From Anaeromyxobacteraceae bacterium (GTDB lineage: Bacteria; Myxococcota; Myxococcia; Myxococcales; Anaeromyxobacteraceae): 64,000 bases of DNA. Each line of letters opens with the position of its first letter. Positions within the stretch are counted from its first letter, which is position 1. Shown one piece after another: positions 1 to 10,022 of this stretch. The stretch lies in assembly GCA_047602405.1 (NCBI GenBank), contig JASGHJ010000001.1, positions 544,001 to 608,000 of the forward strand, given 5' to 3'. Made by a program: the position numbers and the translations under genes. The notes below the pieces were generated by a model. That model searched no databases and was not told the DNA's origin. It saw only the letters and a list, made by a program, of their open reading frames with translations.

Positions 1-1155
1 GAACTCGAGCCGGTGGCCGGGGCGGCGCAGGAGCCGGAGCGTGCCCCAGTCGAGCGTGCGGAGGCCGACGTGCACGAGGATCCCGCCGAGCACCGCGCGC
101 GGCATCCCGGCGACGAGCGCGGGGGCGAGCGCCACGAGCGCGAGCAGCGCGCCGGGCACCGTCGCGGAGGCCGTGCGGCGGCCGCCGGCCGCGACGTTCA
201 CGAGCGTCGGGCCGGAGGCGCCCGAGCCCACCATGCCGCCGCCGAGCGATGCGAGCGCGTTCCCGAGCCCCTGCGCGACGAGCTCGCGCGAGGGCAGGTG
301 GCGGGCGCCGGTCATCGAGTCGACGAGCACGCAGCTCTTCAGCGTGTCGACCGAGAGGAGCGCGGCGAGGGCGGCGGCAGGCCCTGCGACGAGCTGCAGG
401 TCGTCGAGCCTGAGCCCGGAGAGCTCCTGCACGAGCGCGGGGATCGCCGCCGCGATCGCGCCCACGCCGGGCACCGAGCCGACGCGGAGCGGGTTGCCGG
501 CGACGGCGGCGAGCGCGGGGTCCGAGAGCTGGAACGCGAACCAGGTGAGCGAGCCCGCCCCGAGCCCGGCCACGACCGGCGGCAGGCGCGGGGCGAGCCG
601 CGGCGCGACCCGCATCGCCGCGAAGGTGGCGCCCGCGACCACGAGCGACACCGCGCGCCAGGCGCCCGGGTGCGTGAGGGCGCCGAGCGGCCCACCCGCC
701 GCGACACCCGTCACCGAGGGCAGCTGGCCCCACGCGAGCAGGATGCCCGCCGCCGAGAGGAAGCCCGACACGACCGGGTACGGGATGAACTTCACCACCG
801 TGCCGAGCCGGAGGGCGCCGAACCCGAGCTGGACGAGGCCGGCCACGAACCCGGTCGCGAGCAGGAGGAGGTGCGCGCGCTCCGGCGCGACGGCGGCGAG
901 CCAGGCCGCGTGCGCGGTGAGCATCGCGGCGGCCGGGCCGCTCGGCGCCGAGACGAGCCCGGGCGTGCCGCCGAGGATTGACGCCATCGCGCCGAGCAGG
1001 ATCGCGCCGACGAGGCCGGCGACCGCGCCCGCCGCGGCGTGCTCGGGCCCGAGCGTCGAGTACGCGAGGATCCCGTTGCCGATCGCCATCGGCAACGCCA
1101 TGAGCGCCGCCGCGAGCCCGGCCCCGAGCTCCGGGGCGATGCGCCGTCCGTCCAC
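1..1155 (-). CDS. SulP/SLC26-family anion transporter, 5' part (runs off the window start)
   Basis: Manual translation from GTG at 1155: MDGRRIAPELGAGLAAALMALPMAIGNGILAYSTLG...GGTPGLVSAPSGP...KFIPYPVVSGF. This matches the SulP N-terminal pattern. Not in the ORF track because no stop falls in the window. Confidence 0.85.
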   Translation of the reverse strand, partial: MDGRRIAPELGAGLAAALMALPMAIGNGILAYSTLGPEHAAAGAVAGLVGAILLGAMASILGGTPGLVSAPSGPAAAMLTAHAAWLAAVAPERAHLLLLATGFVAGLVQLGFGALRLGTVVKFIPYPVVSGFLSAAGILLAWGQLPSVTGVAAGGPLGALTHPGAWRAVSLVVAGATFAAMRVAPRLAPRLPPVVAGLGAGSLTWFAFQLSDPALAAVAGNPLRVGSVPGVGAIAAAIPALVQELSGLRLDDLQLVAGPAAALAALLSVDTLKSCVLVDSMTGARHLPSRELVAQGLGNALASLGGGMVGSGASGPTLVNVAAGGRRTASATVPGALLALVALAPALVAGMPRAVLGGILVHVGLRTLDWGTLRLLRRPGHRLEF

Positions 1156-1217
1156 GTGGAGATGATGCCACCTTGGGGTGCCGGGACCGAAGGAATCCTC
1201 GTGCTAGCCTCGCGCGC

Positions 1218-1916
1218 ATGACCGTCCTCCCCCTCGCCCTCGCGGCAGCGCTCGCCGCGAAGGGGCCGTTCGATCCCCCGAAGGCGAAGCAGGTCGTCGA
1301 GCTGCCCGCGAACGAGCACGGCCAGGTCGGGAAGCTCACCTGCACCGCCTACCGGGGCTTCGTCGTGAAGGAGGTCGACCGCGGCGAGAAGGGCGCCGAG
1401 CGCCACTCGATCGTGCGCTACGACCCCGCGGGCGCGGTGCCTCCGTGCGACCTCGCGTTCGTCCCGGGCGAGGTCGACGTGAGCTGGTCCGGGTATTTCC
1501 ACGGGGCCCGCGGCCGCTTCGCGTTCTTCGTGGGCGACGACGGCTGGGAGGCGGGCTCCACCGGCTTCGCCGCGTTCGACGCGCGCACCGGCAAGAAGGT
1601 GTTCGAGGATGCCGTCGTGCAGGGCCCCGAGCAGCTCGTGCTCGAGCCGGAGGGCGAGGACCTGAAGCTCAGGTACCGCCGCGCCTGGCGGGCCACGTGC
1701 TCCCTGCAGAAGGACCCCGCCGGCTGCTGGAAGAAGATCCGGGGGGCGCTCGCGCTCCCTGGCGACGCCCCGCCCTGCGCCGCCGCCTACGCGAAGGAGA
1801 ACGCGCCGCTCGAGGACCCGACGGTGCTCACCTACGACGCCGAGGTGCCGTCCCTCACCGGCCGGCGCGTCCGCGCCGCCGCCGCGCCGAAGCCGCTCTG
1901 CTTCCCGGCGATGTGA
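1218..1916 (+). CDS. Hypothetical secreted protein
   Basis: Signal-peptide-like start MTVLPLALAAALAA, host-like codon usage, several Cys. Confidence 0.7.
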   Translation: MTVLPLALAAALAAKGPFDPPKAKQVVELPANEHGQVGKLTCTAYRGFVVKEVDRGEKGAERHSIVRYDPAGAVPPCDLAFVPGEVDVSWSGYFHGARGRFAFFVGDDGWEAGSTGFAAFDARTGKKVFEDAVVQGPEQLVLEPEGEDLKLRYRRAWRATCSLQKDPAGCWKKIRGALALPGDAPPCAAAYAKENAPLEDPTVLTYDAEVPSLTGRRVRAAAAPKPLCFPAM

Positions 1917-1931
1917 GGCGGGGGGAGGTCC

Positions 1932-2714
1932 CTACGTCCCCGTCCCCTCGTGGTGCGCGAGGCCGAATCGCCAGAAGCGGTACGCGAGGAGCGCGAGCGC
2001 CGTCGCGACGAACGGGGCCGCCCACACGATCCCGCCCACGTCGCGCCCGGTGAGGTGGCTCGCGGGCCAGAAGCTCGCGAGGCCGAAGGGCAGGATCCAG
2101 GTGAAGAGGAGCTCGAGCTTCCTCCCGTAGAGCGTGAGCGGGAAGCGCGCGAAGTCGTGCAGCTCGTGCACGGCCCGGGTGATCGGGACGCTCTCCACGA
2201 TCCAGAACGCGGTCGTGGCGGTGATGAGGTTGATCGCGATGAACACGACGCCGCCCGAGAGGATCGCCACGAGCGCGACCGCGAGGTTCATCGGGGACGC
2301 CGGGATACCGAGCGCCGCCCAGGCCCAGGTCGTCGCGGCGAGCCCGACCGCCGCGGTGCCGAGCCCGTCCACGTTGAAGCGGTCGGCGAGGAAGTAGAAC
2401 AGGGGATCGATGGGGCGCACCAGGAAGCGGTCGAACGTGCCCTCGCGCATGTGGGCGCCGATGACCCACAGGTTGTCGGCGAGCGTGTGCTCGATCGCGC
2501 GCGCGGTGGTGAGGAGCCCGTAGCAGAGGAGCAGCTCCTCGAAGCGCCAGCCCGCGAGCGTGCCCACCGGGCGCAGCACGACCCAGAGGCCGGCGATGGA
2601 GGCGGCGTGGATGACGATCATGCCGGCCGCGCCCACGAGGAGCCCGAGCCGGTACTCGAGGAGCATCGAGAGCCGCATCGCCACGAAGGCGCGGTAGAGG
2701 CCGAGCCAGCGCAG
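1932..2714 (-). CDS. ABC-2 family permease (DUF990-like); probable CTG start
   Basis: Hydrophobic protein with REGTFDRFLVRP and FARFPLTLY motifs. GGAGG lies 6 nt before an in-frame CTG at 2714. Confidence 0.8.
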   Translation of the reverse strand: MRWLGLYRAFVAMRLSMLLEYRLGLLVGAAGMIVIHAASIAGLWVVLRPVGTLAGWRFEELLLCYGLLTTARAIEHTLADNLWVIGAHMREGTFDRFLVRPIDPLFYFLADRFNVDGLGTAAVGLAATTWAWAALGIPASPMNLAVALVAILSGGVVFIAINLITATTAFWIVESVPITRAVHELHDFARFPLTLYGRKLELLFTWILPFGLASFWPASHLTGRDVGGIVWAAPFVATALALLAYRFWRFGLAHHEGTGT

Positions 2715-2716
2715 GG

Positions 2717-3502
2717 TCAGCCTCCCTGGACCGTGACGACGCGCGAGGCGCGCGCGAAGGCGAGGCGCGAGAGGACGAGCAGCCCGAGCGCCCACGCGAG
2801 CTGGCCGGCGACGACCCCCGGCGCCGCCGCGAGCGGCTTCACCCCGGCGAGGAGCGACACCGGCAGGTAGCTCGTCTGCCGGTACGGGAGCGCGTCGGCG
2901 ACCACGCGGAGCCAGCCGGGCATGAGGTCGAGCGGGAAGAGCACGCCGCCGAAGAAGAGCGCCAGCGCCTCGTTGAGCACCATGATCCCCCACACGTCCG
3001 TCGTGTAGAAGGCGAGGCACGCGACGATCCACTCGAAGGCGAACATCGCGCAGGCGCCGACGGCGAACGAGCCCAGGAAGGCGAGCCAGCGGAGCGGATC
3101 CGCCGGAAGGTCGGCGCCGAGCCAGACCGCCAGGGCGAGGAGCGGCAGGCGCGAGGCGAGGGCGACCGCCACGCTGCCCGCGGCGAGGGCGGACCGCGCG
3201 AGCTGGAGGTCGATGGGCCGGAGCAGCTCGTGCGCGATCTGCCCCTCGCGCAGCAGGAAGGCCATCCGCCGGACCATGCCGAGCTGTCCCGCCCCCGCGA
3301 GCGCCTCCGCGAGGAGCACGTAGGTGAGCGCGGTCGGGCCGTCGATGCCGGCGATCGAGGGCGTCCCGGCGTAGACCGCCCGCCAGAGGTACGAGGCGAT
3401 GACCATCGCGACGCCGGCCACGAAGACCCGCAGGAGGATCCAGGCGCGGTAGGCCAGCGCCTCCTTCGCCGCCATGCCGGCCCAGGCGAGGAGGCGGCTC
3501 AC
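2717..3502 (-). CDS. ABC-2 family permease (DUF990-like)
   Basis: GTG start overlaps the ATPase stop. Contains EGQIAHELLRP, FGGVLFPLDLMP and ends VTVQGG. Confidence 0.85.
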   Translation of the reverse strand: MSRLLAWAGMAAKEALAYRAWILLRVFVAGVAMVIASYLWRAVYAGTPSIAGIDGPTALTYVLLAEALAGAGQLGMVRRMAFLLREGQIAHELLRPIDLQLARSALAAGSVAVALASRLPLLALAVWLGADLPADPLRWLAFLGSFAVGACAMFAFEWIVACLAFYTTDVWGIMVLNEALALFFGGVLFPLDLMPGWLRVVADALPYRQTSYLPVSLLAGVKPLAAAPGVVAGQLAWALGLLVLSRLAFARASRVVTVQGG

Positions 3503-4503
3503 CCGGCCTCCCGTCCGAGCGCGCCGCCGTAGATCGCCTTCACGATCGCGGTGAGGTCGGTCTCCCGGACCGAGAAGTCGCGCACCTCCACGGCCTCCAT
3601 CACCGCCGCGGTGACCTGGGGGGCGCTCGCGGCCGTCCGGTCGAAGCGGAGCACGAGCCGCCGCTCCCCGCGCTCGACCTCGCGCACGCCCGCGGGCAAG
3701 GCGAGCGCGGCGGGCGGCGCCGCGGCGAGGTCGAACGCCATCTCCCGCTCCCGGCCGAACCGCTCCTGCAGCCGCGCGATCGGGCCGTCGTAGAGCACGC
3801 GCCCCCGGTCGATGACCACCACCCGCCGGCACAGCTCCTCGATGTCGCCGAGGTCGTGGGTGGTGAGGACCACCGTGGCCCCGGAGGCGCGGTTCCAGGC
3901 CTTGAGGAACGCGCGGATGCGGTCCTTCACCATCACGTCGAGGCCGATGGTCGGCTCGTCGAGGTACACCACCCGCGGCTCGTGGAGGAGCGTCGCGGCG
4001 AGCTCCGCACGCATCCGCTGTCCGAGCGAGAGCTGGCGCACCGGCCGCCCGAGGAGCTCGCCGAGCCCGAGGGTCTCGTCGAAGCGGGCGAGGAGCTCCC
4101 GCTGCCGCGCCGGCGCGACCCCGTAGACGCGGGCGAGGAGCCCGAGCGACTCGACCACCGGCAGGTCCCACCAGAGCTGCGTGCGCTGGCCGAAGACCAC
4201 CCCGATCTCGCGCGCGTTCGCGACCCGCTCGCGCTGCGGATCGCGCCCGAGCACGCGCACGGTGCCGGAGGTGGGCGCGAGGATCCCGGTGAGGAGCTTC
4301 ACCGTGGTCGACTTCCCGGCGCCGTTCACGCCGATGTAGCCGACCGCCTCGCCCGGCTCGACCGCGAGGTCGATCCCGTCCACCGCGACCACCTCCTCGC
4401 GGCGCGGGCGCACGAGGGCCGCGACCGCGCCGGCGAGCCCGGGCGAACGTTTCGTGACCCGGAAGACCTTCCGGAGCGCGGCGACCTCGATGACGGGTGG
4501 CAA
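3499..4503 (-). CDS. ABC transporter ATP-binding protein
   Basis: Walker A GVNGAGKST, signature LSLGQRMR, Walker B YLDEP, H-loop TTHD. Confidence 0.95.
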   Translation of the reverse strand: MPPVIEVAALRKVFRVTKRSPGLAGAVAALVRPRREEVVAVDGIDLAVEPGEAVGYIGVNGAGKSTTVKLLTGILAPTSGTVRVLGRDPQRERVANAREIGVVFGQRTQLWWDLPVVESLGLLARVYGVAPARQRELLARFDETLGLGELLGRPVRQLSLGQRMRAELAATLLHEPRVVYLDEPTIGLDVMVKDRIRAFLKAWNRASGATVVLTTHDLGDIEELCRRVVVIDRGRVLYDGPIARLQERFGREREMAFDLAAAPPAALALPAGVREVERGERRLVLRFDRTAASAPQVTAAVMEAVEVRDFSVRETDLTAIVKAIYGGALGREAG

Positions 4504-4673
4504 GCGGAGCGGAGCCTACTCCACCCGGGCGACAGACCTCCCCGGTCACATCGGTGACCCGGAGGTCCGGATTTCACGGTAGGCTCCGGGGGCTTGCTGC
4601 GGTCCGGATCCCGGAGCAGCGTGCGGGAACCGGGGGCCGCGGCCCAGGCTCCAACCCCGCCAGGAGACCCTTC

Positions 4674-5147
4674 ATGCGCCTCGCCGTCCTCGCCGTCGCC
4701 TCCGCCCTGCTCGCCTCGCCCGCGCTCGCCGGCACGACCAGCCCCGGGACCACCTACGGCGCCGGCGTCGGCAAGGCGCAGCTCGTGAAGATCTCCGAGC
4801 TCACCGCCAACCCGGACAGGTACGTCGGGAAGACCGTGCGCGTGGAGGGGCTCGTCACCGACGTCTGCCCCCGCCGCGGCTGCTGGATGGAGCTCGCCGG
4901 CGACAAGGAGTTCCAGACGATGCGGATCAAGGTCGACGACGGCGAGCTCGTCTTCCCCATGACCGCGAAGGGCAAGGTCGCCCAGGCCGAGGGCGTCTTC
5001 ACGAGGTTCGAGGTGCCCGCCGAGCGCGTGCTCGCGATGAAGCAGCACGAGGCCGAGGAGAAGGGCGTCCCGTTCGACCCGAAGACCGCCAAGGTCGAGG
5101 CCATGGTCGTGTACCAGATCAAGGGCGTCGGCGCGGTCATCCGCTAG
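4674..5147 (+). CDS. DUF4920-like secreted OB-fold protein
   Basis: AGGAG RBS, signal peptide, motif VTDVCPRRGCWM. Confidence 0.75.
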   Translation: MRLAVLAVASALLASPALAGTTSPGTTYGAGVGKAQLVKISELTANPDRYVGKTVRVEGLVTDVCPRRGCWMELAGDKEFQTMRIKVDDGELVFPMTAKGKVAQAEGVFTRFEVPAERVLAMKQHEAEEKGVPFDPKTAKVEAMVVYQIKGVGAVIR

Positions 5148-5150
5148 CGC

Positions 5151-5717
5151 GTGTCGCTCCGGACCGTCGCCGTCCGCCGCCTGCTGCGGGCGCTCCACCG
5201 CGACGTGGGCTACCTCGTCGCGGGGCTCACGGTGATCTACGCCGTCTCCGGCGTGGCGGTGAACCACCTCGAGCACTGGAACCCGAGCTGGCAGCTCGGG
5301 CGCGAGGAGCTGCGCTTCGCGCCCATCCCGGTCACCGACCGCGACACCATGGCGGCCGCGCTCGTCACCGCGCTCGGGCTGCCGGGCCCGCCGAGGAGCT
5401 CGTTCCGGCGCGCGCCGGAGCAGATCGAGCTCTTCTACGACGGCTGGACGGTCGAGGCGAACGTGGAGACCGGCGTCGCGGTGACGACGCGCCCGCGCGA
5501 GCGCGCGGTGCTGTTCGACGCGAACTTCCTCCACCTCAACCACCCGAAGGGCGCCTGGACGTGGATCGCCGACGCGTTCGCGGTGCTGCTCGGCGGGCTG
5601 GCGCTCTCCGGGCTCTTCCTGATCCGGGGGCCGCTCGGGCTCGCCGGACGCGGCAAGTGGTTCGTCGCGGCGGGGGTACTGCTCCCGCTCGCGTTCCTGG
5701 TCCTCAGGCGGCTCTGA
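5151..5717 (+). CDS. PepSY-associated TM helix domain protein
   Basis: RALHRDVGY...YAVSGVAVNH and FLHLN motifs with TM segments. Confidence 0.8.
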   Translation: MSLRTVAVRRLLRALHRDVGYLVAGLTVIYAVSGVAVNHLEHWNPSWQLGREELRFAPIPVTDRDTMAAALVTALGLPGPPRSSFRRAPEQIELFYDGWTVEANVETGVAVTTRPRERAVLFDANFLHLNHPKGAWTWIADAFAVLLGGLALSGLFLIRGPLGLAGRGKWFVAAGVLLPLAFLVLRRL

Positions 5718-5741
5718 GCGCGCGCCCCGGGGCCCGCGCGA

Positions 5742-6482
5742 TCAGGCCGGGACCACGTACCACTGGCCCTTCGCGCCCTGCTCGCGCCGGAGCAGGCCCT
5801 CCTTCTCCATCTGCTCGAGCAGCCGGTTGAAGGAGGAGAAGCCGTGGTCGCGCTCGTCGAAGTCCGGCTCGCGGCGGACGATGGCGGCCTTGATCGCGGA
5901 GGGGTTCACCGGCGCGGTGGCCTTCGCGAGGAGCGCCGTGGCCGCCTCGCGCGCGACCTCCGGGATGGCCTTCTCCTTCTTCTCGGTCGCCTTCTGGTGC
6001 TCGCGGCGGCGCTGCCCCGGCGCGCGCAGGTAGATGAACTCGTCGCAGGCCTTCACGAAGAGCTGGCTCGTCGCCTCCTTCACGGCCATGCCGATGACGA
6101 TGCGGTCGTTCTCGCGGAGCTTGTAGGCGAGCGGGCAGAAGTCGGAGTCGCCGGAGGCGATGACGAAGGTGTCGATGTGCTCGCGCAGGTACGCGAGCTC
6201 GAGCGCGTCGATGACGAGGCGCATGTCGGCGCCGTTCTTCCCGGCGCGCGTGGACGGCGGGACGTCGACGAGCTCGACGCCGTGGTCGTGGAGCCGCTTC
6301 GTGGCCCCGGCGAAGCGGGTCCAGTCCGCGTAGGCGCGGCGGTAGACCACCTTGCCCTTCTCGAGCAGGGTGTCGATCGCCGGCTGGAGGTCGAACTGGT
6401 CGGCCTCGAGCCCCGTCCGCGTCACGAGGTTCTCGAAGTCGATGAAGAGCGCGATGCGCTGGTCCTGATTGTCCCGCTTCAT
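5742..6482 (-). CDS. NYN (PIN-like) domain protein with C-terminal OST-HTH/LOTUS
   Basis: IALFIDFEN, GKNGADMRLVIDA, SGDSDF; C-terminal PDFDERDHGFSSF. Confidence 0.9.
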   Translation of the reverse strand: MKRDNQDQRIALFIDFENLVTRTGLEADQFDLQPAIDTLLEKGKVVYRRAYADWTRFAGATKRLHDHGVELVDVPPSTRAGKNGADMRLVIDALELAYLREHIDTFVIASGDSDFCPLAYKLRENDRIVIGMAVKEATSQLFVKACDEFIYLRAPGQRRREHQKATEKKEKAIPEVAREAATALLAKATAPVNPSAIKAAIVRREPDFDERDHGFSSFNRLLEQMEKEGLLRREQGAKGQWYVVPA

Positions 6483-6564
6483 GGGCGCACCGTGACAGGT
6501 GCGCGGGCGCGGGGCAAGGAAAGGTCCCGCCGAGGTCGGACGGTTGCGGTACCTTGCGCCGCCC

Positions 6565-7101
6565 ATGAGCACCGCCGCTGCCCGCTTCCTCGCCTACGTC
6601 GACGGCTCGTCCCTCCAGAACCCCGGCGGCCCCGGCGCGACCGGCTTCGTCGTGCTCGACCGCTCCCGCCCGGCCCTGCGCTTCGGCGCGACCCGCTTCA
6701 CGGTCGACGGCCCGCACGCGGTGACCAACAACCGCATGGAGCTGCGCGCGGTGCTCGAGGCCCTCGAGGGGCTGCCGGCGGGCGAGCGCGTGCACGTGGT
6801 CTCGGATTCCCAGTACGTGCTGAACGCGCTCACGAAGTGGATCCACGGCTGGCGCAAGAAGGGCTGGCGCACGGCGGCGGGCGAGCCGGTGCTCAACCGC
6901 GACCTCATCGAGGCCGCCGACGCGCGCGCGCGGGAGCTCCACGTGACCTGGGAGTGGGTGCGCGGGCACGACGGCCACCCCGCGAACGAGGTCGTCGATC
7001 AGCTCGCGCAGTCGGCGGCGCGCGGGGTCGACGGCCCGACCGAGGCCGACGTCATCGCTGCGCTGCGCGCCGCGGGGATCCTGGGCGGGGCGCGGCCGTA
7101 G
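6565..7101 (+). CDS. rnhA: Ribonuclease HI
   Basis: YVDGSS, NPGG, TNNRMEL, SDSQYV, WVRGH, NEVVD motifs. Confidence 0.93.
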   Translation: MSTAAARFLAYVDGSSLQNPGGPGATGFVVLDRSRPALRFGATRFTVDGPHAVTNNRMELRAVLEALEGLPAGERVHVVSDSQYVLNALTKWIHGWRKKGWRTAAGEPVLNRDLIEAADARARELHVTWEWVRGHDGHPANEVVDQLAQSAARGVDGPTEADVIAALRAAGILGGARP

Positions 7102-7128
7102 CCGTTCGACGTCCCGGCCGCCGGCGGC

Positions 7129-8805
7129 TCAGCCGCCGCGCGGCTTGCGCCCGGGCCGGGCCGCGCCCTTGCGGCCCACCTCGGGCGTCATGGCGAGCCG
7201 CTCGATCTTCGCGTCGGGCATCCGCGGGTCCGGCTTCGCGGCCGCGCGCCCGAAGCCCTCGGCGGCGCCGCGCTGCACCTCGAAGCGCACCTCGCCGGGC
7301 AGGATCTGGATCTTGCCGATCTCGGCGCGGCTCACCTCGCCCCGCCGGCAGAGGAGCGGCAGGATCCACTTCGGATCCGCCTTGCGATCGCGGCGCAGCG
7401 TGAGGCGGAACCACGCGACGTCGGTGGGCGGCCCGCGCTTCGCCGCGGCCGGCGCGTGGCGCACCGGCGCCTCCTTCACGGCGCGGGCGGACTCGGGGAG
7501 GTCCTCGGGCGCCGGCACCCGGGTGCGCTCGCGGCGCAGGAGCGCCACCGCGACGGCGAGCGCGTCGTGACCGGCGAGGAGCTTCCTCGCCGCCTCGCGG
7601 TCCTCGTCGGTCGCCTCCGCGGCGAGCGCGGCCACGTCGGCGGCGAGGCGCTCGGCGTCCCGCGCCCGGATCTCGTCCGGGGACGGGAGCGGGAGCCACT
7701 TCGCGGTGGTGCGCGTGGCCCGGAGCATCTGCTCGAGCTTGTAGCGCTCGGCGGGGGTGGCGAGCAGGACCGCGAGCCCCTTCTTGCCCGCCCGGCCGGT
7801 GCGGCCGCTGCGGTGCTGGAGCGCCTGCGCGTCGCGGGGGACGTCGGCGTGGAGCACGAGCCCGAGGGCGGGGAGGTCGAGCCCGCGCGCCGCCACGTCG
7901 GTCGCGACCAGCACCCGCGCGCGGCCGTCGCGCAGCGCGGTGAGCGCGCGCGTGCGCTCGGGCTGGGTGAGCTCACCGGAGATCGCGACGACCTCGAAGC
8001 CGCGCTCGGAGAGCCCGGCCGCGGTGTGCTGCACCGCCTCGCGGGTGTTGCGGAAGACGATCGCGGTCGGCGGCTCGATCGCGCGGAGCACGTTCACGAT
8101 CGCGTGCTCGCGCTCGCGGCCGGCGACGAGGTGGGCGCGGTGCTCGATGTCGGCGTGCGCCTCGTGGGGATCGGTCGCGGCGAGGCGGGCCGGGTCGCGG
8201 GTGTAGCGCTTCGCGAGCTCGAGGATGGGCTTCGGCAGCGTCGCCGAGAAGAGGACCGTGCGCCGCTCCGGGGGCGTCGCGTCGAGGAGCGCCTCGAGCT
8301 CCTCCCTGAAGCCCATGTCGAGCATCTCGTCGGCCTCGTCGAGGACGACGGTCTGGAGCCCGGAGAGGTCGAGGGCCTTGCGCTCGAGGTGATCCACGAG
8401 CCGCCCCGGCGTGCCCACCACCACCTGCGGCCGGTCGGCGAGCGCGCGCGCCTCGCGGCGTGCGTCCATCCCGCCCACGCACGCGACCACCCGCCCGCCC
8501 GCCTCGGCGAAGACCCAGGCGAGCTCGCGCTGCACCTGCATCGCGAGCTCCCGGGTCGGGGCGACCACGAGCGCGACCGGCCGCTGGGTGCGCGGGAACG
8601 GCCCGCCCGCCTCGGTCGCGTCCCCCGCGACGAGCAGGCCGAAGGCGAGCGTCTTCCCGGAGCCGGTGCGCGAGGAGACGAGGAGGTCCCGGCCGGCGAG
8701 CGCGGGGGCGAGCACCGCCTCCTGCACGGGCGTCGGCTCCTCGTAACCCTTCCGCGCGATGGCGGCGGCGAGCAGGGGGTGGGCGCCCAGGTCGGTGAAG
8801 GTCAC
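7129..8805 (-). CDS. DEAD-box RNA helicase with C-terminal DbpA-like domain
   Basis: TGSGKT, PTRELA, TPGR, DEAD, SAT, ARGLD, HRSGRTGR. Confidence 0.95.
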   Translation of the reverse strand: MTFTDLGAHPLLAAAIARKGYEEPTPVQEAVLAPALAGRDLLVSSRTGSGKTLAFGLLVAGDATEAGGPFPRTQRPVALVVAPTRELAMQVQRELAWVFAEAGGRVVACVGGMDARREARALADRPQVVVGTPGRLVDHLERKALDLSGLQTVVLDEADEMLDMGFREELEALLDATPPERRTVLFSATLPKPILELAKRYTRDPARLAATDPHEAHADIEHRAHLVAGREREHAIVNVLRAIEPPTAIVFRNTREAVQHTAAGLSERGFEVVAISGELTQPERTRALTALRDGRARVLVATDVAARGLDLPALGLVLHADVPRDAQALQHRSGRTGRAGKKGLAVLLATPAERYKLEQMLRATRTTAKWLPLPSPDEIRARDAERLAADVAALAAEATDEDREAARKLLAGHDALAVAVALLRRERTRVPAPEDLPESARAVKEAPVRHAPAAAKRGPPTDVAWFRLTLRRDRKADPKWILPLLCRRGEVSRAEIGKIQILPGEVRFEVQRGAAEGFGRAAAKPDPRMPDAKIERLAMTPEVGRKGAARPGRKPRGG

Positions 8806-8870
8806 CCGCGGGTTCTACCCGAGCGCGGGCCCCCTCCACAACGCACGAGGAGGCGTAACCTGCGGGTGCC

Positions 8871-10010
8871 ATGGACCTCAGGCCCTTCGCCCTCGAGCGG
8901 TGGTTCGCCCGCCACGAGTTCTCCGCCCGGTTCCTGCTCGGCTCCTCGGACCCACAGTCGATGCCGGTCTCGGAGCTGCTCGCGCTCGAGCCCGGCGCCG
9001 GAGAGCGGCTCGCCGCGACCTGGCTCGGCTACACCGAGAACGCCGGCTCGCCCGAGCTGCGCCAGGCGATCGCCGCCCTGCACGAGGTGGCGGGACCGGA
9101 CGACGTCATCGTCTTCACGGGCTCCGAGGAGCCGGTCTTCACCTGGCTCAACGTGGCGCTCCGGCCGGGCGATCACGCGATCGTGCACAGCCCCTGCTAC
9201 CAGTCGCACGCCGAGGTCGCGCGGGCGGCGGGCGCGGACGTCACGCCCTGGACCGGTGACCCGCGGCGCGGCTGGGCGCTCGACCCGCACGAGCTCGAGA
9301 AGCTGCTCCGGCCCTCGACCCGCGTGCTCCTCCTCACCACGCCGCACAACCCGACCGGCGCGCACCTCCCGCGCGACGTGTGGGACGAGGTCGTGCGGAT
9401 CTGCGCGCGCCGCGGGATCTGGCTCTTCGCGGACGAGGTGTACCGCGGGCTCGAGCACGACCCCGCCGCCCGGCTGCCGCGCGCGGTGGACGTGTACGAG
9501 CGGGCGGTGTCGCTCGACGGGCTCTCGAAGTCCTACGGCCTCGCGGGCTTGCGGCTCGGGTGGCTCGCGCTCCGGGACCGGGTGCTGCGGGAGAAGCTGC
9601 TCGCGTTCAAGGACTACCTGACGATGTGCAACGCGGCGCCCTCCGAGACGCTCGGCGCGATCGCGGTCCGGCACACCGACGCGCTGCAGGGCCGGTCGCG
9701 GGCGCGGCTCGCGCGGAACCTCGCGCTCCTGGACGCGTTCCTCGCCCGGCACCCGGACCGCTTCGCGTGGACGCGCCCCCGGGCGGGCTCGGTCGCGTTC
9801 GTCCGGCTCCTGGGCGGCGGCGCCGAGGACTTCTGCGACAGCCTGGTGCGCGAGGCCGGGGTGATGCTCGTCCCCTCGACGAAGTTCGACGCGGGGGACG
9901 AGCACCTCCGGTTCGGCTACGGCCGGGCCAACCTCCCCGAGGCGCTCGCCGCGCTGGAGGCGTGGCTCGGGCGCGCGACCCAGGACACCTGGAACGCGCG
10001 GTCGAGGTGA
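8871..10010 (+). CDS. PLP-dependent class I/II aminotransferase
   Basis: PHNPTG, DEVY, SKSYGLAGLRLGW. Confidence 0.93.
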   Translation: MDLRPFALERWFARHEFSARFLLGSSDPQSMPVSELLALEPGAGERLAATWLGYTENAGSPELRQAIAALHEVAGPDDVIVFTGSEEPVFTWLNVALRPGDHAIVHSPCYQSHAEVARAAGADVTPWTGDPRRGWALDPHELEKLLRPSTRVLLLTTPHNPTGAHLPRDVWDEVVRICARRGIWLFADEVYRGLEHDPAARLPRAVDVYERAVSLDGLSKSYGLAGLRLGWLALRDRVLREKLLAFKDYLTMCNAAPSETLGAIAVRHTDALQGRSRARLARNLALLDAFLARHPDRFAWTRPRAGSVAFVRLLGGGAEDFCDSLVREAGVMLVPSTKFDAGDEHLRFGYGRANLPEALAALEAWLGRATQDTWNARSR

Positions 10011-10022
10011 GGTAACCCTGGT

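Noticed and set aside
13..1165. Plus-strand ORFs of 322 and 374 aa
   Set aside because: Antisense to the SulP-like gene on the minus strand.
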